Positions 42,128 to 51,977 of a stretch of 64,000 bases of DNA are shown here, in pieces. How positions within the stretch are numbered: the first letter of the stretch is position 1; each line of letters opens with the position of its first letter. Below the pieces are notes generated by a model. That model ran no database searches, was not told where the DNA came from, and saw nothing but the letters and a program-made list of their open reading frames with translations. The stretch lies in sequence record KT454806. One strand, written 5' to 3'. Made by a program: the position numbers and the translations under genes. The stretch comes from Escherichia phage SUSP2.

Positions 42128-42337
42128 ATGTTTAACAAACTGAAGAATGACCACGTAGCTAAAATTGACAGCCACATTGCAGCACTGAAAGATGCAATCA
42201 TCAAAGCTAAAGAAGCTACGGAGTCCGAAATGGAGGCTCTTGAGTCCCAGATTCAGCACCTGATTAACAAGCGTGTTGAACTGAAAGGCCGACTGGATTA
42301 TATTGAGTCTCAGCAGAAACTGTTTCAGGAGGTTTAA
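42128..42337 (+). CDS. Hypothetical coiled-coil protein
   Basis: Short helical ORF; track ORF starts at 42110. Confidence 0.35.
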   Translation: MFNKLKNDHVAKIDSHIAALKDAIIKAKEATESEMEALESQIQHLINKRVELKGRLDYIESQQKLFQEV

Positions 42338-43092
42338 TGTTTAATTCCAGAGAATCCGTTTTAACTTGGAACCAGCGTTGTGGTAAAACCCCGTTGACTC
42401 CGTATACACCTGAGTACTGGTCTTCGATGCGTAGTCAAGCACTTTGCATGTTAGAAGAAGCCAAAGAGCTTTTGAAAGCTGTTGATGAAAAAGACCCTAT
42501 CGAGGCTCTTGATGCTCAGGCAGACTTACAGTATGTTCTTGATGGACTGATTTACCTTTCACAGCATGACCATGACGGAGCTATGAAAGCAGTCTGTGAG
42601 AATAACAACCTGAAGTATACCGATAACTACGAAGAAGCTTTGAAGCGTCTTGCAGATATCGAGAAACGTACTGGTGATGAATGTCGTGTACGTGCTTCAA
42701 TGATTGACGGCAAAGAGTGGTACGCCATTATCCGTGAGTCTGATAAGAAGGTTATGAAGCAATCTAATCTTCCTAAAGTACAGCTTGCAGAGTTCATCGC
42801 GGAACTTGAAAGCAGAGAATTGTTCGTGGTAACATCTGACACATGCGTTATCTGTAAAGGTCTTGTAGGAAGTTTGAAAGACCTTGGATTGAGTGACTTC
42901 ACAGAAGTTCGACCAATCAGTTCGAAAGCAGACAAAGACTTCTGCCGAGAAAACGGATTATGGCTTGCAGATATTGTTTACTATGACGGTGAGAAGTTCC
43001 ATGTGACCTCATACCCGAAACTGAACTATGATGCAAATAACCTTAAGAATTGGTTAAAAGGGGTTGGTTATAATGGATTCACAGAACATTAA
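42337..43092 (+). CDS. Putative MazG-like NTP pyrophosphohydrolase fused to CxxC (thioredoxin/glutaredoxin-like) domain
   Basis: EExxE...ExxD helical motif (LEEAKELL, EALDAQADLQY) at N-terminus; CVIC motif in C-terminal half. Confidence 0.35.
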   Translation: MFNSRESVLTWNQRCGKTPLTPYTPEYWSSMRSQALCMLEEAKELLKAVDEKDPIEALDAQADLQYVLDGLIYLSQHDHDGAMKAVCENNNLKYTDNYEEALKRLADIEKRTGDECRVRASMIDGKEWYAIIRESDKKVMKQSNLPKVQLAEFIAELESRELFVVTSDTCVICKGLVGSLKDLGLSDFTEVRPISSKADKDFCRENGLWLADIVYYDGEKFHVTSYPKLNYDANNLKNWLKGVGYNGFTEH

Positions 43093-43396
43093 TACTGAAG
43101 AGGTGGCTCCAAAGAGCCATTTCTCAAACTATAATCTCTCTATGACAGTGTTTATGAATGATTCACTGTTAGAAAAATATGGAGAGACACCAGAAACTTT
43201 ACTGGATAATGAGCAAGTTTTAAAGGCTGTACTTTTTAAGTTTGGCTTGAACATCGACAAACCATATTCTTATGAGATTTGTCAGCACCGCAATACATTC
43301 GGTAAAGTTGTGACTGCTCCACTATTCATGGGTGTTGAACGCACTGATGATGGGTGGCTTTACCTTAAACGAAACTTGGATAAATATCATGTCTAA
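43064..43396 (+). CDS. Hypothetical protein
   Basis: 110-aa ORF. Confidence 0.4.
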   Translation: MVIMDSQNINTEEVAPKSHFSNYNLSMTVFMNDSLLEKYGETPETLLDNEQVLKAVLFKFGLNIDKPYSYEICQHRNTFGKVVTAPLFMGVERTDDGWLYLKRNLDKYHV

Positions 43397-43724
43397 AGCA
43401 AAGAAGCTTACAATTGAAGATGTAAAATCTGGTGTTGAACTTGGAGTTGATAAGTTTGACCAACCTTTACGATTCGGTGACATAGTGATGTACACAGAAG
43501 ATTGTAAAGGACGAAGTGATATCAAGTTTGGTCGTGTTTCTGGTAAGCATCGTGGTAATTTTGTTATATCACGCATGGAAGATGACCCTTACGAAAACCT
43601 TGCAAAACTTTTTGATGAGACTAAGAGTTATTGGTATCACAACGCAATGTCAAAAGGTTCACTGACCAAGGTTTCTCACAAGTTTTATGAACTTTGGCAA
43701 AATAAACAAATCTTTAGCATTTAA
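43389..43724 (+). CDS. Hypothetical protein
   Basis: ATG overlapping upstream stop (ATGTCTAA). Confidence 0.4.
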   Translation: MSKAKKLTIEDVKSGVELGVDKFDQPLRFGDIVMYTEDCKGRSDIKFGRVSGKHRGNFVISRMEDDPYENLAKLFDETKSYWYHNAMSKGSLTKVSHKFYELWQNKQIFSI

Positions 43725-43732
43725 TCTCTAAG

Positions 43733-43756
43733 GGGTCTCTTCGGAGACCCTTTTTC
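43733..43756 (+). terminator. Rho-independent terminator (UUCG loop)
   Basis: GGGTCTC-TTCG-GAGACCC followed by TTTTT. Confidence 0.65.
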
Positions 43757-43776
43757 ACCTGTAGGACTCTAAAATA

Positions 43777-46011
43777 ATGATTAAGACCATTCGCAAATCT
43801 GACGGTACAATCGTACCATTCGAACCAGAACGTTTAAACAAATGGGCTTCATGGGCTGACAAACGAGGAATCATTTGGTCAGAGGTAACTATGGAAGCTA
43901 TGAAGCGTGTCTATGAAGGTTGCTCTACCAAAGAGATGCACCAAGCTATGATTGACGTTTGTATTGATAAGCAGACTCAAGAATACTCTGATATGGCTGG
44001 TCGATTACTTCTTGGTATCATCTACAAAGAAGCCTTTGGTGGTTTCACAAAAGTTCCTCAACTGTTTAACTTCGTTATGAAGATGGAGCAAATGGGATTG
44101 TGGGAACACATGGATTACACTGAACAAGAGATTGACTATTTACAAGGTCACATTGTTCACTCAAAAGATATCTCTTACGGCTATGCAGTACTGAAACAGT
44201 TCCGTGACAAATACGGTATCCGAGATATCAAGTCAGGTCGTCTGTTTGAGTCTCCACAGTTTATGTTTATGGGTATGGCTATGAAAGCCTTTGAGAGACA
44301 ACCTAAGCACCGTAGACTGGAAGATGTTATCAAGCTGTACACTTACCTGTCTGACCTGAAGATTAACGCCCCTACGCCTTATCTGAATGGTTTACGTGCT
44401 ACTAAGTCAGGTTATGCGTCATGCTGCTTAATCAAGGCTAATGACACTGCTGAGTCTCTTGGCATTGCTACTAAGGTAGCTTATGATATGACCACGAAGC
44501 AAGCTGGTATTGGTATGCTGATGGAGACCCGTACAATTGGTGATGGTATTCGTCAAAACACCATTGAACACATGGGTAAGCTTCCTTACTACAAGCTTGT
44601 ACGTGCTGCTGTAGAGGCCAATAAGCAGAAGAGTCGTGGTGGTTCAGCTAACAACTTCTATACTGCCCTAGACCCGCAGATTGAAGATTTACTACGTTTG
44701 AAGCACCCTACAACGGTTCCTTCTAAGCGTATTAATGAGATGGACTATTCATTTGGTGCAAATGACTATTTCTGGCAGTGTGTGCAGTATGACACAGATT
44801 GGTTGCTGTTCTCTTACAAGGACGCTCCAAAACTTTATGACATGTTCTACACAGCATCTGCTGATGAGTTTGCTATGGCAGTTGGTCACGCAGTTCATTC
44901 AGGTGTTAAGCATAAACGTGTTAAGGCTCGTGAAGTTGCCAAGCTGTTCATTCAGCAACGTTATGCTACAGGTCGTGTGTACCCGTTCTTTACGAACAAT
45001 GCGAACACTCACACACCGTTTAAAGAACTTTTGAAAATGTCTAACTTGTGTATGGAAATTGTATTGCCAGTTCACGGATTCGAAGATGAACGTGACCTTT
45101 ACAGTTACACAGCACCTAAAGAAGATGGTGAAGTTGCTCTTTGCTTCTTGGCTAGTCTGGTAGCAGGGAGAATCACAGAAGATGAATACGCTGACGTTGC
45201 TTATTATGCTCTTGCAATGGTTGACTCCGTTATTGACCTTATGGACTATCCGTATCCGTCAATGCGTAACCACGTTCAGAAACGTCGTTCTGTTGGGATT
45301 GGCCTTACGAATGTGGCTCATTACCTTGCGAAGAACTACGTAAACTATTCTTCAAGAGCAGGTAAAACGAAGCTGCATGAACTTGCAGAGATGCACTCTT
45401 ACTATCTACATGAGGCATCACTAAGACTTGCAAAAGAACGTGGTGTACCTGAATATATGCAGTTCACCAAGTATCCTGAAGGTTGGGTTCCTCCTAAGAC
45501 AGCTAACAGGAAGATTGATACAAAACACGATGCAAAACTTCGTTATGATTGGGATGACTTAGCAGACCGTATTAAGGCAAACGGTGGTATCAGAAACTCT
45601 GTGCTTGAGGCTTACATGCCTAACGAGAGTTCTTCACTGGCAACTAATACAACAAATGGCTTGTACCCAATTCGTGACTTCATCTTAACCAAGAAGTCAG
45701 CAACTGGTAACGTTTTATTTATCGTTCCAGATTACGAAGAGTTGAAGTATGTCTATGAAATTGCTTGGGATATTGACACCTTTGATATGATTGATTGCTA
45801 TGCAATTGTTCAAAAATTCACTGGTCAAGCTATCTCTTCAGATTTCTATGTTGACTATTCAAAATCGAAAAAGGTATCATTAGAGCAAGCTTTGAAGTAC
45901 ATGATTTATGCTAACTCAGTTGGGATGAAAACTATGTACTACCTTAACAGTCGTATCGGTGTTGGTAAGTCAGCACTACAAGATGCTTACTGTGAGGGTT
46001 GTGGCGTTTAA
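43777..46011 (+). CDS. nrdA: Ribonucleotide reductase class Ia large subunit
   Basis: 744-aa ORF; followed by nrdB-like and glutaredoxin-like genes. Confidence 0.8.
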   Translation: MIKTIRKSDGTIVPFEPERLNKWASWADKRGIIWSEVTMEAMKRVYEGCSTKEMHQAMIDVCIDKQTQEYSDMAGRLLLGIIYKEAFGGFTKVPQLFNFVMKMEQMGLWEHMDYTEQEIDYLQGHIVHSKDISYGYAVLKQFRDKYGIRDIKSGRLFESPQFMFMGMAMKAFERQPKHRRLEDVIKLYTYLSDLKINAPTPYLNGLRATKSGYASCCLIKANDTAESLGIATKVAYDMTTKQAGIGMLMETRTIGDGIRQNTIEHMGKLPYYKLVRAAVEANKQKSRGGSANNFYTALDPQIEDLLRLKHPTTVPSKRINEMDYSFGANDYFWQCVQYDTDWLLFSYKDAPKLYDMFYTASADEFAMAVGHAVHSGVKHKRVKAREVAKLFIQQRYATGRVYPFFTNNANTHTPFKELLKMSNLCMEIVLPVHGFEDERDLYSYTAPKEDGEVALCFLASLVAGRITEDEYADVAYYALAMVDSVIDLMDYPYPSMRNHVQKRRSVGIGLTNVAHYLAKNYVNYSSRAGKTKLHELAEMHSYYLHEASLRLAKERGVPEYMQFTKYPEGWVPPKTANRKIDTKHDAKLRYDWDDLADRIKANGGIRNSVLEAYMPNESSSLATNTTNGLYPIRDFILTKKSATGNVLFIVPDYEELKYVYEIAWDIDTFDMIDCYAIVQKFTGQAISSDFYVDYSKSKKVSLEQALKYMIYANSVGMKTMYYLNSRIGVGKSALQDAYCEGCGV

Positions 46012-46018
46012 CTAAACA

Positions 46019-46040
46019 GGGGGCTGAAAAGCCCCTTTTG
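46019..46040 (+). terminator. Terminator-like hairpin (GNRA loop)
   Basis: GGGGCT-GAAA-AGCCCC followed by TTTT. Confidence 0.55.
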
Positions 46041-46048
46041 GAGAAACC

Positions 46049-46324
46049 ATGTTAGAACTCATTCAAGATGCAAGGGGCAGAGAACCAAACTGTGCTTTGT
46101 ATCTGTATTATATTCCAAGACAGTCTCTATATTATATTGCAGACTATCACCTGAAAGTTAAAATGCCAGATGGTTCTTGGAAAGAGCATCTTCGTTACAT
46201 TGATTGCTTCAACCCAAGCAACACTTATGCAAGGTCTCTTGACATGTTTAAAGTTGACCGTTGGCAAGTTTTAACAGCGTCAGAAGCCAGAGAATTTTAT
46301 GAAACAGGAAACCTACCACTATGA
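46049..46324 (+). CDS. Hypothetical protein between nrdA and nrdB
   Basis: 91-aa ORF. Confidence 0.4.
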   Translation: MLELIQDARGREPNCALYLYYIPRQSLYYIADYHLKVKMPDGSWKEHLRYIDCFNPSNTYARSLDMFKVDRWQVLTASEAREFYETGNLPL

Positions 46325-47394
46325 TTAACCAACATCCAATCTTTTTAGGTGGTGAGCGAAAAACTTTTGACTCACTCAATAAACACTATCCAAAAATCTT
46401 TGAACTGTACAAACAGCAGAAAGCACAAGACTGGTCTGAAGATGAGTTCCCGTTTGAGCAGTCACGATTAGATTTTGAAAGCGTTCCAGAATCAATGTCT
46501 GGTGTAATGCTTGAGATTCTTAAGTGGCAGTGGGAAGCTGATACACAGGTTGCTAAAAGTTTGGCATTTGCTTTTGCACCATTCATCTCTGATGATATCT
46601 ACGCAACGGCAATTATGAAGCAATCTGAAATTGAGAACCTTCATGCCTTGACTTATTCAGAGATTGTTCGTCAGTGCATCAAGAATCCTGAAACAATCCT
46701 TGATGAGATTAACCAGAATGCTGCTGTACAAGACCGTCTGAAGACTGTGAACAGAGCACTGGAAGAACTACTTGACGAAGGTATCAACTATCGTCTAGGT
46801 TATGTTCGTGATTCACTGCTTGAGAAAGACCCTTTACACTTCCACAAAGTGATTTTGAAAGGTCTCTTTGCAGTAACAGCCTTGGAAGGTGTATCCTTTA
46901 TGGCATCCTTTGCATGTACCTTTGCACTTGATGCACAAGATAAGTTCCAAGGTATTGCTCAGGCAGTACAGAAAATTATGCTTGATGAAATCCTTCACAC
47001 GAAGATTGACATTGAAGCACTGAAAGAAACTTTGAAAGATGAAGAGTGGCAAGAAGCTTTCCGTCAGGTTCTTCCAGAAATCAAAGTAATTCTTGATGAA
47101 GTAGTTGAAAGTGAAGAGAAATGGTCTTATTATATTTTCTCTGAAGGTCGTGCCGTAGTTGGTTTGAATACAAAACTTCTGCATGAGTGGGTTTACTATA
47201 ATGCTGCACCATTGTATGATATGTTTGGTATTCCAAGAGACTTCGTAGCTCCTAAAGAACCACCTTTGAAATACATGATTAAGAAGATGGAAATTGATAA
47301 AGAGCAGAATGCTAACCAAGAACAGCAAAACGGTGCGTACTTGTTGAATACCGTTGTAGATGATTTAAACTCAGGATATTTAGAGGTTCCTTAA
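46321..47394 (+). CDS. nrdB: Ribonucleotide reductase class Ia small subunit
   Basis: 357-aa ORF coupled downstream of nrdA region; helical ferritin-like protein. Confidence 0.75.
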   Translation: MINQHPIFLGGERKTFDSLNKHYPKIFELYKQQKAQDWSEDEFPFEQSRLDFESVPESMSGVMLEILKWQWEADTQVAKSLAFAFAPFISDDIYATAIMKQSEIENLHALTYSEIVRQCIKNPETILDEINQNAAVQDRLKTVNRALEELLDEGINYRLGYVRDSLLEKDPLHFHKVILKGLFAVTALEGVSFMASFACTFALDAQDKFQGIAQAVQKIMLDEILHTKIDIEALKETLKDEEWQEAFRQVLPEIKVILDEVVESEEKWSYYIFSEGRAVVGLNTKLLHEWVYYNAAPLYDMFGIPRDFVAPKEPPLKYMIKKMEIDKEQNANQEQQNGAYLLNTVVDDLNSGYLEVP

Positions 47395-47636
47395 TGACTT
47401 ACGTAATTTACTCCAAAACTGGTTGCCCTCAGTGTGAAACTGCAAAGAACTTTGCAAAGGCTCGTGGTATTGACCACGTTGTAAGAATGTTAGGGCAGGA
47501 TTATGAACTGTCAGACCTGATGGATATTGCACAGATGCCAGTTCGTCAGATGCCATTTATCATGAAGACTGATGATACTGTTCTTACGCCAGTTGGAACA
47601 CTACAAAACTTTATGGCAGAGGTGAACAATGCTTAA
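47394..47636 (+). CDS. nrdC: Glutaredoxin
   Basis: CPQC active-site motif near N-terminus; 80 aa; coupled to nrdB. Confidence 0.7.
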   Translation: MTYVIYSKTGCPQCETAKNFAKARGIDHVVRMLGQDYELSDLMDIAQMPVRQMPFIMKTDDTVLTPVGTLQNFMAEVNNA

Positions 47637-47835
47637 GCGTTTGTGGGAAGGTTTCACAGTTGATGCACCGATGATTGTCTTAGGTTTCTTCTTTGTGAAC
47701 CTGTTTATTGATATCAAACAAGGCGCTTTGTTTGGTGCTATGCTAGTATGGGTAATCTTTGAGATTCTAGAAATCCATCTTGACATTAGCGGCAAACTCA
47801 AAAAGTTTGTTGAGAAGATTTTCAAAAAGAATTAA
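47629..47835 (+). CDS. Small two-helix membrane protein
   Basis: 68 aa, two hydrophobic segments, charged C-terminus. Confidence 0.4.
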   Translation: MLKRLWEGFTVDAPMIVLGFFFVNLFIDIKQGALFGAMLVWVIFEILEIHLDISGKLKKFVEKIFKKN

Positions 47836-47841
47836 TATAAG

Positions 47842-47863
47842 GGTCTCTTCGGAGACCTTTTTC
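47842..47863 (+). terminator. Rho-independent terminator (UUCG loop)
   Basis: GGTCTC-TTCG-GAGACC followed by TTTTT. Confidence 0.65.
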
Positions 47864-47881
47864 GTATATAAAGGAGCACAA

Positions 47882-50023
47882 ATGGTCAAAGTACAAATTA
47901 TTAAAAAGAATGGCTCACTTGAAGAACCAGACATTAAGAAAGTCCTAGCAGCAGTTACAAAGTCAGCTAACCGAGTTGGCTATAAAGAACTCCCGTTAGA
48001 AGTTGTTCATGCTCTTGAGTCAGCTTTTATGCGGATTCTTGTAAAGGCTTCTAACCAGAATGCTTTGCTGATTTCTGTAGATGACATTCACAGCATTGTT
48101 GAAGGGGCTTTAGCAGAAGTTAATCACGAGATTTATGAATCTTATTCAACCTATCGTAACTATCGTAAAGAGGTTGCACAGAATTGGGATGAACTCTATC
48201 AGAAGACTAAAGATACCCTCTTCTTAGGTGACCGTGAGAATGCTAACTTTGACAGCAGCTTAATCTCTACAAAGGGTTCTATTATCCGTGGGTATCTGAC
48301 TAAAGAAATCTTCAAGCAGTATCACTTGACACCAGAAGAACTCGAAGCTATTGAAGCAGGTTTCATCTACATTCATGACCTGAGAGATTTGGTATTTGGT
48401 GGTATTAACTGTTGTCTGTTTGATATTGGTAAAGTCCTGAAAGGTGGCTTTGAAATGTCAGGGATTGAATATTGTGAACCTAAATCTGTTCTGTCAGCTT
48501 TACAGGTTATTGGTGATGTTGTATTGTCAGCAACTGCACAGCAGTTTGGTGGATTCACAATCCCAGAGATTGACAAGATTCTTGTACCATATGCTAAGAA
48601 GTCTCTACGTTACCATGCTGAGAAAGCAACCTCTTACGGGATTCCTAAAGAGCATTACTACAACTATGTAATGGAGCAGCTACAGATTGAGCTAACTCAA
48701 GGCTTTCAGTCACTGGAGATGAAGCTGAACACTGTACCTTGCAGCCGTGGTGACTTTGCATTCACAACTTTAACATTTGGTTTACTTGGTTCAGATATGT
48801 CTGATGAAGATAACCGTCTTCAGTATATGATTGCAAACACTATTCTTGATGTTCGTATGAATGGTCAAGGAAAGAACAAGAAGCCTGTTGTATTCCCTAA
48901 ATTGGTTTACATTCATGACCACACAAGACACAGTGAAGATATCTGTCAAGGGCAACTGTACAATAAAGCTATCGAGTGTTGCTCTAAAGCAATGTACCCA
49001 GACTTCTTGAGTGTATCCGGTCATGGTGCTGTTGCAGAATCTTTTGAACGTTCTGGTAAGGTTATTTCACCGATGGGTTGTCGAGCTTTCCTGTCACCAT
49101 ACTATGACGAAAATGGAGAAGAGTTCTGCGTTGGTCGTGCAAATATTGGTGCAGTGTCTTTGAACTTGCCAATGATTTACCAGTATGCTAAAGAGAATGG
49201 TTTAGACTTCTGGAAAGAGCTTGACAAATACCTTGAAATGATTCGTAGCTTCCATAAGAAACGCTATGAGATGATTGCTAATATGCCAGCAAGTTCAAAC
49301 CCTCTGGCATTTACACAAGGTGGCCTGTACAAAGGGGATAAGAAGCCAACTGATAAGATTGGGTGGGATACTGTGAAATCCTTCACAGCTTCTTTCGGTG
49401 TAACCGCACTTGATGAACTCTCTGTACTGGCTGGAGAAGGTAGACTGCATGAATCTCAGAAAGTGATTGCACAGCAAGTTCTGGACTACCTGAATGACCG
49501 TCTGGCGAACTTTAAAGAGCAAGATGGCTTCTTGTATGCCCTTTATGGTACACCTGCTGAGAGCCTTTGTGGGACGCAATTGAAGCAGTTCCGTAATATG
49601 TTTGGTGTTGTGAAAGATGTTTCTGATAAAGAATACTTCACTAACAGTTTCCATATGAACGTTGCAGCAGATATTACTCCGTATCAGAAGCAAGACTTGG
49701 AAGAACCTCTGTTCCATAGCTGTAACGGTGGTCACATCCAGTACATTCGTCTTGCTAATCCAGAGAATCATAAAGCTATCAAGGCTTGTGTCTCAAGAGG
49801 TATGGGTAAGGGATTCTATCAAGGTGTGAACTTTGACTTAGCAATCTGTGAGAATTGTGGTCATCGTCCTAATGCAGACGTTGAAGAGTGTCCTAAGTGT
49901 CATTCACATGATATCTCAGTCATTAACCGTGTTTGTGGTTACCTTGGATGGACTAAAATCAAGGGAACTTCAAGAATGAATGATGCAAAGATTGCTGAAA
50001 TTCGTGACAGAAAATCTATGTAA
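47882..50023 (+). CDS. nrdD: Anaerobic ribonucleotide reductase (class III)
   Basis: C-terminal glycyl-radical motif RVCGYLG and Cys cluster (CENCGH...CPKC); ATG at 47882 with AAGGAG RBS. Confidence 0.75.
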   Translation: MVKVQIIKKNGSLEEPDIKKVLAAVTKSANRVGYKELPLEVVHALESAFMRILVKASNQNALLISVDDIHSIVEGALAEVNHEIYESYSTYRNYRKEVAQNWDELYQKTKDTLFLGDRENANFDSSLISTKGSIIRGYLTKEIFKQYHLTPEELEAIEAGFIYIHDLRDLVFGGINCCLFDIGKVLKGGFEMSGIEYCEPKSVLSALQVIGDVVLSATAQQFGGFTIPEIDKILVPYAKKSLRYHAEKATSYGIPKEHYYNYVMEQLQIELTQGFQSLEMKLNTVPCSRGDFAFTTLTFGLLGSDMSDEDNRLQYMIANTILDVRMNGQGKNKKPVVFPKLVYIHDHTRHSEDICQGQLYNKAIECCSKAMYPDFLSVSGHGAVAESFERSGKVISPMGCRAFLSPYYDENGEEFCVGRANIGAVSLNLPMIYQYAKENGLDFWKELDKYLEMIRSFHKKRYEMIANMPASSNPLAFTQGGLYKGDKKPTDKIGWDTVKSFTASFGVTALDELSVLAGEGRLHESQKVIAQQVLDYLNDRLANFKEQDGFLYALYGTPAESLCGTQLKQFRNMFGVVKDVSDKEYFTNSFHMNVAADITPYQKQDLEEPLFHSCNGGHIQYIRLANPENHKAIKACVSRGMGKGFYQGVNFDLAICENCGHRPNADVEECPKCHSHDISVINRVCGYLGWTKIKGTSRMNDAKIAEIRDRKSM

Positions 50024-50033
50024 ATAGTTGACA

Positions 50034-50073
50034 AGGTGGTGTAGGTCTTGATAGGCTTGCATCACCTTTTTTA
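50034..50073 (+). terminator. Terminator after nrdD
   Basis: AGGTGGTG...CATCACCT stem (one G-T pair) followed by TTTTTT. Confidence 0.45.
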
Positions 50074-50178
50074 TTGGATGTTGGATATGGCAGAGAACAT
50101 CATTGGTTTATTCATCGGTTCTGTCTTACTAGGGTTCTTTCTAGGACTCCTTTATTGTGAATTAAGAGGAAAGTTAAA

Positions 50179-50577
50179 ATGTTTAAAATCTCCAAAGCGT
50201 TAATGGAAGTGCTGAAAGAATGCACGTTAGATGATGGAAAGTGTGAGAAAGAGCATCGTCGTGGCTCAAGCTTTTACATCACCAGTGAACTCACAATCAC
50301 TCAAGAGCTAATTGACTCAATCAAAGAGGATGAAAACTTAGTAGTTCCTGATTGGTTACTTGATAAAATTATTATAATCACAGGTACTTGGACTGATGAT
50401 TGGGGAACCGAGATTGGTGATATCTCGTTCTACAGCTACATTCAGAAGATGAATCCTAAGTATGTGGCCTTGATGACTGCTGCACAAGATAGTAAAATCT
50501 TGCAAGACTTTATTTACAAGCACTGTCCAGAATATGTCATGTCTTATGAAAAGATTGAAGTGGAGGTAGTAGAATGA
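50179..50577 (+). CDS. Hypothetical protein between nrdD and nrdG
   Basis: 132-aa ORF. Confidence 0.4.
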   Translation: MFKISKALMEVLKECTLDDGKCEKEHRRGSSFYITSELTITQELIDSIKEDENLVVPDWLLDKIIIITGTWTDDWGTEIGDISFYSYIQKMNPKYVALMTAAQDSKILQDFIYKHCPEYVMSYEKIEVEVVE

Positions 50578-51059
50578 ATTTTATGGAAATTCGAGAGTTC
50601 GATACAGCTAATGGTGAAGGTGCTCGTGTAAGTATCTTTGTAGCTGGTTGCAAGCATCACTGTGAAGGTTGTTTCAACAAAGAATCTTGGAAATTCAATG
50701 CAGGTAAAGAGTTTACTGGTTTTGATATGGCTGATATCTTAGCTATGTTGAAAGATGATGGTATAGAAGGTTTGTCAGTGTTAGGTGGCGAACCTTTAGA
50801 AGAACGAAACATTGACACTGTAGCGTATATCTGCAAGACTGTTAAAGAGCATTATCCAGAGAAATCTATCTGGCTTTGGACAGGTTTCCAACTTCATCAA
50901 AAAATTCACCATGAAGTGATGAAATATGTTGACGTGGTGATTGATGGTAAGTATGATGCTTCTAAACCAACGAACAAACCGTATCGTGGTTCTGATAACC
51001 AAAACCTTTGGAGAAAAGAATATGGGTGGCAAGGTGATTGTCAATGGAGAGCTGAGTAA
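50574..51059 (+). CDS. nrdG: Anaerobic ribonucleotide reductase activating protein (radical SAM)
   Basis: CxxxCxxC motif (CKHHCEGC) near N-terminus; coupled downstream of nrdD region. Confidence 0.75.
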   Translation: MNFMEIREFDTANGEGARVSIFVAGCKHHCEGCFNKESWKFNAGKEFTGFDMADILAMLKDDGIEGLSVLGGEPLEERNIDTVAYICKTVKEHYPEKSIWLWTGFQLHQKIHHEVMKYVDVVIDGKYDASKPTNKPYRGSDNQNLWRKEYGWQGDCQWRAE

Positions 51060-51339
51060 AGGTTTCCAAAAAGGAGAGATTCCAGTAATTGGTTGCAACA
51101 TGTCTGTGCTTGGTCAATATAAAGTGAATCAAGACAAACTGGAAGACTGGAAAGATTATACTCAGTCACTGTTTGGTAGTACAGGTCAGAGTGCTCTGGC
51201 AGAGATTGAAAAAGCTGGAACCTTTAAAGTAAAATTCAAAGGCCACAACTCCAATTTCTACATCACAAACCTTGTTGTAGGTGGTTCTGTTGTCGGGATT
51301 ACAGAAGAAGAACTTACACGGTTCTGCATCAAACTTTAA
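51022..51339 (+). CDS. Hypothetical protein
   Basis: ORF overlapping nrdG 3' end in another frame; start uncertain. Confidence 0.3.
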   Translation: MGGKVIVNGELSKGFQKGEIPVIGCNMSVLGQYKVNQDKLEDWKDYTQSLFGSTGQSALAEIEKAGTFKVKFKGHNSNFYITNLVVGGSVVGITEEELTRFCIKL

Positions 51340-51356
51340 AAGAGAGAGAGATTAAA

Positions 51357-51602
51357 ATGGGAATTTTTAGCAATATGAAAGCTGGTTTCTTAGCGGCACT
51401 GGCAAAAGCAGCAGCAATCGTCTCTATGACGGGTAAGCAAGTTGGTGTAGATGCTTCAGCAGTTGCACAGGTTCTTGCAAGCCAAATTGAACAGCAGCCT
51501 TACATCCACGTTGGACGTGGAAAAGGTGGTAAAAAACAAGCCCACCGTCAGACTGGTGCAGCAGCTATTAAACGTGCAGCTAAGAAAGCACGTAACAAAT
51601 AA
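51357..51602 (+). CDS. Small Ala-rich protein with basic C-terminus
   Basis: 81-aa ORF. Confidence 0.4.
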   Translation: MGIFSNMKAGFLAALAKAAAIVSMTGKQVGVDASAVAQVLASQIEQQPYIHVGRGKGGKKQAHRQTGAAAIKRAAKKARNK

Positions 51603-51613
51603 GGAAAATTGTC

Positions 51614-51925
51614 ATGAGCAAGATTTATAACACTCGTAAGCTTCAGATTTTAATGCTTTGCCAGTTCATGTATGACAAACACAATGCACACTATTGTGGT
51701 ACAGGCTTTTTAGCTTTTGGTGGTGAGTATACACCATTCAAAAAGGCTGTTGAGATGTATAATTCACAGAGTGAATCTGATAAAGAATTGCATCAACTGA
51801 AGTTGACTTATGACAAAAAGCACAAGAAGATTGTGTGTACAAACAACCTTGTCAAGCCATCTGAATCACTTAAGACAGATGTAAGCCAAGAAGACTTTAT
51901 GAGAGTCTTGAAAGAGCTTCAGTAA
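51614..51925 (+). CDS. Hypothetical protein
   Basis: 103-aa ORF followed by terminator. Confidence 0.4.
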   Translation: MSKIYNTRKLQILMLCQFMYDKHNAHYCGTGFLAFGGEYTPFKKAVEMYNSQSESDKELHQLKLTYDKKHKKIVCTNNLVKPSESLKTDVSQEDFMRVLKELQ

Positions 51926-51938
51926 TAAGTTATGATTA

Positions 51939-51964
51939 GGGAACTGTAAAAGGTTCCCTTTTTA
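51939..51964 (+). terminator. Rho-independent terminator
   Basis: GGGAAC-TGTAAAA-GGTTCCC followed by TTTTT. Confidence 0.6.
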
Positions 51965-51977
51965 TTTTGGAGAGAAA

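Noticed and set aside
41719-42204. 161-aa - strand ORF overlapping the GIY-YIG gene
   Set aside because: Antisense within a uniformly + strand transcription block; no promoter or RBS.
46834-47328. 164-aa - strand ORF inside nrdB
   Set aside because: Antisense to nrdB; AT-rich low-complexity translation.
47780-47881. Upstream in-frame extension of nrdD from 47780
   Set aside because: The extension overlaps the small membrane-protein gene and a terminator hairpin and has no RBS; the ATG at 47882 has an AAGGAG RBS and gives a standard N-terminus.
50028-50056. TTGACAAGG box after nrdD as a promoter
   Set aside because: No acceptable -10 hexamer at 16-18 bp spacing; the sequence instead forms the 5' arm of the nrdD terminator hairpin.
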